In this document: positions 7,847 to 15,300 of the stretch, one piece after another
How positions within the stretch are numbered: the first letter of the stretch is position 1
How the letters are laid out: each line of letters starts with the position of its first letter
IMG/VR virus record: IMGVR_UViG_3300028886_000092
DNA from: an uncultured virus (IMG/VR IMGVR_UViG_3300028886_000092)
Lineage: Duplodnaviria > Heunggongvirae > Uroviricota > Caudoviricetes
Reading direction: 5' to 3' (one strand)
Length of the DNA stretch: 20,000 nt
The notes under the pieces: model-generated
Told to the model about the DNA's origin: nothing
The model's input: only the letters and a program-made list of their open reading frames with translations
Database searches by the model: none
Program-made: the position numbers and the translations under genes

Positions 7847-7913
7847 GATTTCCATTTTGGTTATCACTGGTTTGACTTGTGTGGCACTGGGGGTGGTTCC
7901 CCAGTGCTTTTTT
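7837..7913 (+). ncRNA. predicted ~75-nt trans-acting antisense sRNA
   Basis: Lies between a consensus promoter and an intrinsic terminator; carries 15-16 nt complementary to leaders of two leftward early genes. The 5' end is approximate. Confidence 0.55.
7884..7913 (+). terminator. intrinsic terminator
   Basis: GCACTGGGG-gtggtt-CCCCAGTGC followed by T6. Confidence 0.85.
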
Positions 7914-8005
7914 ATATCCCTCATGCAACCTTTCCAAATATTATGAGTATCTTATATAGAGTACCCCAATTGCGAGATGAGATTGTGTGGTTGAGGGGTA
8001 TTCTT

Positions 8006-8045
8006 GGAGGCTGCGTGTTACTGTGCTGTGCAGCCTCCTTTTTTT
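8006..8045 (+). terminator. second rightward intrinsic terminator
   Basis: GGAGGCTGC...GCAGCCTCC followed by T7. Confidence 0.75.
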
Positions 8046-8059
8046 GTTTGAGCCTCATC

Positions 8060-8083
8060 AAAAAAACGCGTCCCTCGGACGCG
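8060..8083 (-). terminator. terminator of the lysis genes
   Basis: CGCGTCC-3nt-GGACGCG stem followed by T7 on the minus strand, immediately after the lysin stop. Confidence 0.75.
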
Positions 8084-8089
8084 CCTTAT

Positions 8090-8773
8090 TCATAGTTTGG
8101 AATATTCCTTCAAAGCATCAAATGACGGACAGCATTTTATCCACTCACAGGGTGATATGATTCCGTCACCGTTTTTGTCCGGGGAGAAATCCCGATGTCC
8201 CTTAATAATAGCCCTTGGATATTGACCCTTCAGCTCCTTTAAGAGCCTCATCAGGGATTGCTTCTGCTCTGGTGTCCGAGTGTCCTTTGCTTTCAGCTTG
8301 CTATACGGTACATTCGGATTGTTCTCCAATCCTCCCACGTATGCTACACCGATGCTATGGGAGTTGTAACCGCTAACGTGCGCACCTACCTTGTCAACAC
8401 TTCGCCCTCGTGCTATTGTCCCGTCTCGGTAGATAACGAAATGGTAGCCGATATCGCTCCAGCCGTTCTGCGTCATGTGCTCGTTTCGGATCTGCGCCAC
8501 CGTCTTATCCTTACCCTCAGGAGTAGCAGTACAATGTACGGCAATATAGTCAATACGGCGTGCAGTTGTCTTAGCGACATCAACCTGCGGCAAAAGTTTG
8601 GCAAGGGTCTCTGGGCCTGCTATACCATCAGGTGTAAGTCTGTTCTCACGCTGCCATGTTATAAGAGCCTCGCGTGTCAGCTTACCAAATATGCCATCAG
8701 GGATGAGGTGTAAAGCACGTTGTATCTGTTTGACTCCCTCACCTCTCGAATTGAGTTTATATATGGTAGTCAT
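8090..8773 (-). CDS. endolysin: peptidoglycan-binding domain plus T7-type N-acetylmuramoyl-L-alanine amidase
   Basis: 'DGIFGKLT...WQREN.LTPDGIAGPET' (PG_binding_1); 'VHCTAT', 'DIGYH', 'GAHVSGYN', 'GHRDF', 'KCCPSF' Zn-amidase motifs. Confidence 0.95.
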   Translation of the reverse strand: MTTIYKLNSRGEGVKQIQRALHLIPDGIFGKLTREALITWQRENRLTPDGIAGPETLAKLLPQVDVAKTTARRIDYIAVHCTATPEGKDKTVAQIRNEHMTQNGWSDIGYHFVIYRDGTIARGRSVDKVGAHVSGYNSHSIGVAYVGGLENNPNVPYSKLKAKDTRTPEQKQSLMRLLKELKGQYPRAIIKGHRDFSPDKNGDGIISPCEWIKCCPSFDALKEYSKL

Positions 8774-9243
8774 TATTCCTCCTTATCCTTGATATTACAA
8801 TCCTCAATAAGACTAATTACACGCTCACGGAAAGACGCTTCCGATAAAGCACTTTGCAGCAACCGTTTGAAATCATCCTGCAGCTTTTTCTCCTTGATAT
8901 TGGCCGGCTCCGTTATGCTCCTAATCTCGACAAAGGCTTCGTAGAGTACGCCTATGAGTGTAAAAACTGGCAGCATAGGAATATCATACTGATACTCACG
9001 ATAGAGCATATATAATAGGCTTATCTGGACTGCATCAACAAGCGTCATGGCAAAGTGCATGGCAAAGTACTTGTTAATCTTCCCAACTGTCTTTTTAAGG
9101 CCCTCACTGGTGCGAAATTCGCCTCTCTGTTTAGCCTTGCGCACACCAGCCCACAAATCAGCAAAGATAAGACCTAATGCTACTATATAGAAAAGCAACA
9201 CAACAAAACCGCACACAATCAAAGTTCCTATTCTTCCTTCCAT
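8773..9243 (-). CDS. phage holin, 156 aa
   Basis: ATG 9243; three hydrophobic segments, 'ADLWAGVRKAK..GE..TSEGLKKTVGK', 'EIRSITE'; its stop overlaps the lysin start. Confidence 0.85.
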   Translation of the reverse strand: MEGRIGTLIVCGFVVLLFYIVALGLIFADLWAGVRKAKQRGEFRTSEGLKKTVGKINKYFAMHFAMTLVDAVQISLLYMLYREYQYDIPMLPVFTLIGVLYEAFVEIRSITEPANIKEKKLQDDFKRLLQSALSEASFRERVISLIEDCNIKDKEE

Positions 9244-9371
9244 TTTTGAATTTACATTAAAAATTAAACATAGGAAGAACGGCCACTGGCTCCCATCGGG
9301 CTGTCTCCCTATGCAAAGGTAGGACAAAATGCGGTACGTTTAACATTTTGCCGGAATCTCAAATAAACAGG

Positions 9372-9401
9372 AAAAGCCCTGAAGGGTTATCCTCCAGGGC
9401 T
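9372..9401 (-). terminator. terminator after the DUF5053-like cassette
   Basis: AGCCCTG...CAGGGCT stem followed by a T run on the minus strand. Confidence 0.65.
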
Positions 9402-9457
9402 AAATTGCGCTGACGGTCACCAGCGACTTTTGTCAATCGGCGAGATAGGGCCGAGAC

Positions 9458-9715
9458 CTAAAATATCTCATCAGCCGCCTTGCGAAGGCGTTCTGACATA
9501 TCAATAAGAGCTCCGCGAAGCTGTAATGCTTCAGTTTCTGAAAATCCGCCTTGACCTCCGTTTCCGTCTATTCCATCCATCTTATGATAGAACCATGAAG
9601 ACGATTTGTGGAAATACGTGTTTGATAGTTCCCTCCATGATACAATCATGAGAATGTCCTTTAGCTTTTTCTTCATGTCTGTAATAACATAAGGTTGTTT
9701 TAGTACTTCTTCCAT
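9458..9715 (-). CDS. DUF5053-like HTH protein, 85 aa
   Basis: 'VSWRELSNTYFHKSSSWFYHKMDGIDGNG..GGFSE.E..QLRGALIDMSERLRKAAD' matches my recollection of Bacteroidetes DUF5053; ATG 9715. Confidence 0.75.
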   Translation of the reverse strand: MEEVLKQPYVITDMKKKLKDILMIVSWRELSNTYFHKSSSWFYHKMDGIDGNGGQGGFSETEALQLRGALIDMSERLRKAADEIF

Positions 9716-9780
9716 AATTAAAAACTGGTTAATGGTTGTTTCTGTTATAAGGTTCCCTCCCCGAAGGGAGGGTTCCTTTT

Positions 9781-9933
9781 TCACTCGTAAGGCTGTCTTA
9801 ACATGTTGTCGAAGAGCCTTTGTGCATACCAGAGGAGTTCGGGATAACCATCGGGAAATGATTTGTTGTAGTTTCTGATGGCTGCGAGTAATTCCTCTTC
9901 TTGCTCACTTACTTCAATAAATTTCTTTTTCAT
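9781..9933 (-). CDS. small protein, 50 aa, partner of the DUF5053-like gene
   Basis: ATG 9933 with an A-rich leader directly downstream of a consensus promoter. Confidence 0.7.
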   Translation of the reverse strand: MKKKFIEVSEQEEELLAAIRNYNKSFPDGYPELLWYAQRLFDNMLRQPYE

Positions 9934-9960
9934 TTTTCTATCTCTTTTTGTTTGACAATA

Positions 9961-9992
9961 CAAAGGTACTACGAATTTTCGTATTATGCAAA
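9961..9992 (-). promoter_or_regulatory. sigma-A promoter with a palindromic operator in the spacer
   Basis: TTTG (9992-89), 20-nt spacer, TACCTTTG (9968-61); TACGAAttTTCGTA palindrome at 9970-83. Confidence 0.75.
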
Positions 9993-10063
9993 TTTTTGAA
10001 CAACTTTTTTTCAAAAAAATACAAAATTCTTGATTTTCGTACGTTATTTTGCGAAAATCGCAC

Positions 10064-10091
10064 AAAAAAGGCGGCACATCGCTGCACCGCC
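10064..10091 (-). terminator. probable terminator after the 154-aa gene
   Basis: GGCGG...CCGCC stem followed by T6 on the minus strand. Confidence 0.55.
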
Positions 10092-10119
10092 AAAACCCTA
10101 AACTTTAACAACCATGACA

Positions 10120-10584
10120 CTATATGGAATAGCAATTCAAATCAAGACTTGTCTTCTCAGCCCAGCAGGACTGCAGGCAGTCCTTTATATGGTTCTGCAC
10201 ACTAGAATAGAAGGCAGAATAATTATCCTTTGTCAGGGATATAGTCACATCGTTACCTTCTGCATCCTCCACCTTGATAACAACTGGGTATCTTCCCATG
10301 CTCTTGAACATGGCATAGTTCAACTGATTCTCAACAGAGAGGTTAATCTTGTAACCATCATACACCATACCGCCAGTGATACGGGCACGGGTTTCGTTGT
10401 CTATAGCTTCAAGGATACATGTCTTTATCTCTTCTGGAGTAGGCTTGTGGTCAAACTTGTGCCTATAGTTATATCCATGTTCGGCATCATCATTCTCCTT
10501 GCCGAAGCCATAGTACAAATAATACACCTTACCGACTTTGATAAGGGAATCTTGTCTTTGATTAGCGCCAAAAATCTTTTCCAT
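10120..10584 (-). CDS. phage protein, DUF4376/tail-fibre-assembly-like, 154 aa
   Basis: Clean ORF with its own -7 box (10616-09). 'AIDNETRARITGGMVYDG..INLSVENQLNY' resembles proteins found after tail-fibre genes; the family call is tentative. Confidence 0.6.
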   Translation of the reverse strand: MEKIFGANQRQDSLIKVGKVYYLYYGFGKENDDAEHGYNYRHKFDHKPTPEEIKTCILEAIDNETRARITGGMVYDGYKINLSVENQLNYAMFKSMGRYPVVIKVEDAEGNDVTISLTKDNYSAFYSSVQNHIKDCLQSCWAEKTSLDLNCYSI

Positions 10585-10631
10585 ACCTTTTGAGATTTTT
10601 TCCTACTGCAAAGGTATGAAAAAAAACAATG

Positions 10632-11975
10632 CTATGTGAAAATGTACTTAATCTTGTTGTCAGCGAAAGGTTCTGCACGAATGACTGTCTCAAAGGGAAA
10701 GCCGTCCTCTATGTCGCTTATCTTGTCGAGAATCTGCTTCATCTCCTTGCTTGCTGTGAAGAACTTTTTGAACACTTCACCTTCTTTCACGGAAACAAGG
10801 TATCTGTCATCCCCGTTCTCTGTTTTCAAGTCCTTCTCATAGTCAAGTACAACTATGGGGACATTGGTAATGCTACTCAATCGCACGGTATTGCCGGGGA
10901 ATCGTTTCTTCCCGTCTTCGGGAGTATAGGTCACCCCCATCTCGCTAAATTTCTTCATATATTTACTTGTTAATTTGTGATACAAGTTTTTGCAGTCGGC
11001 ATGACAGGCCATTCCCAAAAACGAGCCTATTATCTCCTGCCTGCGTTTTCTACTCTTTACCTTGTGCAGCTTCCTTGCCGCATTCTGCTTTATCCTCTTC
11101 CTGATGAGGCTGTAATCCTCAAACTGAACATATCCGAGATAGTCGAGGCCTTCACTGATGGGGCGGACTGCCTCATTCGGCTTTATCCTCAGGCCGAGCT
11201 TTGCAATCTCACTTACATAAAGGTCGCGCAGCTTCCATAGATGTTTTTTGCTATTGGAGAAAATTACAACGTCATCACAATAGCGATAATAAAGAAACCT
11301 CACCTCTTCTCCGTCGTCAGTTTGCAAGACGTAAGAATATACATGTTTCAGCATAACATGATCGACAGGAGAAAGAAAGAGGTTTGCATAACACTGGGAT
11401 GAGCGCAGGCCCTTGGAGAGTCCGTTTGGTAGCAAGTCTACGAAGTTTTCAAGCATGGGGAGCAATACCTCGTCACAAACATATTTCCTCAGCTCTTGTT
11501 TCATCAGGGTATGGCTGATATTGTCATAGTAGTGCTCGATGTCGCTCTGCCAGTAGTATTTGCATAGCAGTGGGACGTTCTTAATATCGTCCTCTACAAT
11601 ATGGTGCATCCAGTGCATACCCCTTCCCTTGATTGAGGCAGCCGTATTTTTGATGAGGCTCGGATAAGTGTAGCGTTCTACAACTACCATGATGGCATGT
11701 ATTCCTACTCTCTTATAGACGGTAGGAGCCTGCACGTCCCTCTCCTTTGGCCCGTCCTTCACATGGATATCACGCACATCCTCCCTATATATACGAAAAA
11801 TGCCGCTCCCAATCTCTGCAGTCAGTTTCTCTACATAAGACATTCGGAGTGGCTTATACTTCTCTCGCTGTTCCTCATATTCAAGATGCCCGATAACATA
11901 GTCAAAGCTATCGTACATGTTTTCTTCGCAGACAATCTCAGGGATGAGGTTGTCAAGAGGATAGGAAAATTCCAT
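10632..11975 (-). CDS. DGR reverse transcriptase with C-terminal extension, 447 aa
   Basis: RT motifs 'GPKERDV', 'ASIKGRGMH', 'QSDIEHYYDNI', 'GLSKGLRSSQCYANLFL' (DGR-type SQ), 'YYRYCDD', 'GLDYLGY'; adjacent TR/VR pair. Confidence 0.96.
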   Translation of the reverse strand: MEFSYPLDNLIPEIVCEENMYDSFDYVIGHLEYEEQREKYKPLRMSYVEKLTAEIGSGIFRIYREDVRDIHVKDGPKERDVQAPTVYKRVGIHAIMVVVERYTYPSLIKNTAASIKGRGMHWMHHIVEDDIKNVPLLCKYYWQSDIEHYYDNISHTLMKQELRKYVCDEVLLPMLENFVDLLPNGLSKGLRSSQCYANLFLSPVDHVMLKHVYSYVLQTDDGEEVRFLYYRYCDDVVIFSNSKKHLWKLRDLYVSEIAKLGLRIKPNEAVRPISEGLDYLGYVQFEDYSLIRKRIKQNAARKLHKVKSRKRRQEIIGSFLGMACHADCKNLYHKLTSKYMKKFSEMGVTYTPEDGKKRFPGNTVRLSSITNVPIVVLDYEKDLKTENGDDRYLVSVKEGEVFKKFFTASKEMKQILDKISDIEDGFPFETVIRAEPFADNKIKYIFT

Positions 11976-12116
11976 TTGCCTTCAGGACTTTAAGATATTT
12001 TTCGGCTTTCCACCATTGATGCTGTTGCCGTTGCTCGGAGTCCTCGCACATACTATGGCCAACACGTAGCCTTGGCAGAGATGCGATTATCGGGTTTTAC
12101 CCTAAGTTCTTTAGTT

Positions 12117-12230
12117 GAGACGCGCCCCGTTGTTCGTGTTCGAGTTCGAAGAAGCGTTGTTCGTGTTCGTATAGGCGAGACCGCCGTTAGCGTTCGCGTT
12201 GTTGTTCGCACGACTGACAACACGGCCGTT
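12117..12230 (-). repeat. DGR template repeat (TR), 114 bp
   Basis: Ungapped match to 12435-12548. Contains 13 AAC codons in the target frame (NGRVVSRANNNANANGGLAYTNTNNASSNSNTNNGARL). Confidence 0.97.
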
Positions 12231-12246
12231 GGACTCTTCCGCGCTG

Positions 12247-12254
12247 CAAAGGTA
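12247..12254 (-). promoter_or_regulatory. -7 promoter box for the TR-RT transcript
   Basis: TACCTTTG(CA) 16 nt upstream of the TR; no consensus -33 box. Confidence 0.55.
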
Positions 12255-12330
12255 CGCAATTTCAAAAAGATTTCCATATTTGGGCTCAAAAAATTTTTCG
12301 CCTTTGGCGATTTTTGACTTTGCAAACGAG

Positions 12331-12359
12331 AGAGGGAGCAGCCTTTCGGCTCTCCCTCT
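12331..12359 (-). promoter_or_regulatory. hairpin/cruciform downstream of the VR (candidate DGR target-recognition element)
   Basis: AGAGGGAG-AGCC-GAAA-GGCT-g-CTCCCTCT: 12-bp stem with one bulge and a GAAA loop. Confidence 0.7.
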
Positions 12360-12398
12360 GACGCTCTTTTCAAAATTTTCGCTCGACGCTCTGACGCT

Positions 12399-15300
12399 CT
12401 ATTCGTCCACTTCGACTATGTCGCCCCTGAAGGCGAGACGCGCCCCGAAGCCCGTGCTCGAGTACGAAGAAGCGTAGTACGTGTTCGTACAGGCGAGACC
12501 GCCGCCAGCGACCGCGTAGTAGTACGCACGACCGACAACACGGCCGGTTGAGCCGTTAATAGAGCCATAGCAGCAATAGTGCGTAATGAACCTGCTATTG
12601 TCTGATGGGTCGAGTTTGCTCGGAGTGGTGTCGCAGAATCTTCCATGCTTAACTCTTGCCACATTGTAGCCGGTCAATGCGCTTGGCGCAGGAACAACAC
12701 GCTCTGTGTCACTTATCGGGTCGTAAATGCGGAAATTGTAATCTACAACGTCGGCAGATGATGCGTTGCAGGAATTTTTCACAAAGTTCTTCCACGACTT
12801 GACATTGAAAGCTATGTTGCCCTTCCACTCGTAGTTACATGCCACGATACCTTCAAGTCCGACGGCTTTGTTTACACCGCTTGCCTTGCTTGTATGCGAT
12901 TTGCCGATAGCATCCGTGGAACCTGTGGTATAACCTGAACTTGTACCCTGTCCGATAACGTCTTGATCGTGACGGTTGCCAATGAGTGCCCAGAATATTT
13001 GAGCTACGATAATATCCTGCTCATGGTCCATAAGCTGATAACCAGGTCCGCGCATCTCTGCCACGTTCATAAAGTCTTTGCAGGTGTAGTGAAGACCACT
13101 CGGCAGTACGGAGTTCGTAACCTTGCCGTTGGCATCATACGTCCACTCTGGAGAGGTGGCAGAGGTACCGTCGCCTCGCCTTGTCACAACACCGCTGATA
13201 GAACGTGCACGGCCAATGTTATCCACATACATTCCATAGACTCCCATAAGTTCGTTATCCTTATGCTCTACCCAGTCGGGTTCTATTGCCTCTATCTCTG
13301 TGCTGTCAGTGGCAATAACCTCTGTATCGAGGCTTACTGTCTGATAGCAGCAGAAATAACACTTGACAGAACCTGCAGGAACGTCTGTAAAGACATAGTC
13401 GCCATCAACGAAGTCGAACAGTGAGTGACTTATAGACATATTGAACTTGCCGGTCACTCTATCCTCGTCATCAACAAACACTGCCCCATATCCTGATATG
13501 TTCAAGCCGGGGAAACGTATCTGTTTCATGCCTGTAACATCAAAGGCAAATGACATGAGGTTGCTCACTACTTGCAGATTTGCATCCGTGAAGATACCTC
13601 CTATTGTCACGTTGTTCAGATTTACGCCCATGTTGGCAAATGGTGACAATCGCCCAAGTATGCTACGGCTATACTCGCCGCTTGCTTCTGGCCTGCTCTC
13701 CAAAGAGGACAGGAAGGTGTACTTCAACTGATTCTTGAAGTCGTTCACACCCTTGTACCAGAAGTGGCCAGGTCTCATCATAACATCATAACCCTCTCCC
13801 AAGCGGTCCGACGGGTCAAATTCGCTACCGTCAGCATACTGGAGGTATGTGGCATCGCTGAGCTGCCTAACTTCCATCTTACCAGTCTGCTCGTTGAATT
13901 TGGCACGTACGGCGTGCATATTGTTCCAGATGTTCAGAATGTGAGCACTTGGAGTATAGACTGCACCTGTACCGTAGCCAGTGTTGTTGTCGAGGTTCGT
14001 GATGTTCTGAGGGTCTTGCTCGGTATCATGGAAGCGAATGGCGGTGTACTGAACATTCTTAACCAACAGACCTTCAAAGGCGGCGTTGTATGCCTCTACC
14101 TCTTCATCCTCATAGTATCTTGTAAGATTGTAGGTACCGATGAGAACAGGCTTGGGGCTTACATTACCTACGGCATCATATCCTCCGAGGTTCATTCCCA
14201 TAATGGTTGTAAGGTCTGTTCCGGTACCGCTGGCCTTTACTGTCTTGATACGCACATTCCTCAACTGACTGTTGCCGGTGATGAGGCTCCGAAGCAATTC
14301 CATACCGTCTATCTTATCGCACTCCTCAAAGATAAATGATGTTACGTTGGCAGCGTTGGCAAGTATCAGTCCCTCACTGGTTAGATTGGGCAGATAGCGA
14401 AGCTTCAGATAGTTGTAGCTTGCAGGCAACTGCAAATAAGTTATCTTGGCTCCGTCTGCTATGTCTGCACGTACCAACTGACTGCCTGCCGCATACAGAG
14501 ACTCCAATCGTGGGCAGCTGCTACATACAACATTGGTGATGAGGGTGTCCCTGATGTCGAGTTTCTTCAAGAACGGCAACTCTCCAAGGTTGAGGTTTGT
14601 CAGCAGGGTGTATGCTCCGATGGTGAGGTTGACCTTGCCTACCTTACCGATGTAGATTTCCTCAGCCAGTGTCATGACAGAGAAGTCGAAGTTGTTCGAC
14701 AATGTGATTTCCGAGAGGTCTATCATAGACATACGGTCTGCCTGATAGATGTACAGCAATGCACCCTCTTCATGCGAGAAGTTGGTAAAGACATGGGTAT
14801 CTCCAGCCTCCAGATAGACGCTCTCAGAGATTGAGCCGCTACTATCGTTACCGATACCGAAATAACCTGTCTTAGCTGCCTTGATCGTAATTGTGGCACC
14901 ATCGGGAGCATTAACACGTCCAGACAACACTCCGCTGAAGAAATTGCCGGTTCCGTAGAATCCGTCACGGATTCTCCATCTTCTTTCTATGAATGCAGGA
15001 AGTGAGGTGAGGCCCAATCCTTGCAGGGCATAGAAGTAGATGTTATTGGCCGTGGTACTCGTAAAGTCTATGTACTTGCGCTCTCCATCGTAGGAAGATA
15101 CCTTCTTCTGCCAGCGCTTGATGCGTGCTTCAACGAAGAAATAGTACGCCCCTTCAGGTGAGAATGGCTGCAAGGTCTGACCGTCAACAGTGGCCGTGCA
15201 GCTTCGCATGGCTGAGGCTACCGTCCTAAGCGAGAGTTCGGTACCCTGAGCATCTACATTGACAGTCTGCTGCAAGTAGATGTTACGGAACAGGACTGAG

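Larger units (their letters stand above)
10632..12548 (-). mobile_element. diversity-generating retroelement (target VR, hairpin, TR, RT)
   Basis: RT, TR and VR with adenine-specific mismatches, plus a GAAA hairpin downstream of the target gene. Confidence 0.95.

Noticed and set aside
10632..11975. RT as a group II intron, retron or Abi RT
   Set aside because: The adjacent TR/VR pair with adenine-only mismatches and the SQ motif identify a DGR; no maturase/endonuclease domain or retron VTG motif is visible.
12053..12477. ORFs of 106, 81 and 92 aa over the TR region as a possible avd gene
   Set aside because: They are alternative-frame readings of the TR, hairpins and promoter, with low-complexity Arg/Thr/Val content and no Avd-like helical sequence.
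12117..12548. Repeats as a CRISPR array
   Set aside because: Only two long copies, with no repeat-spacer periodicity.
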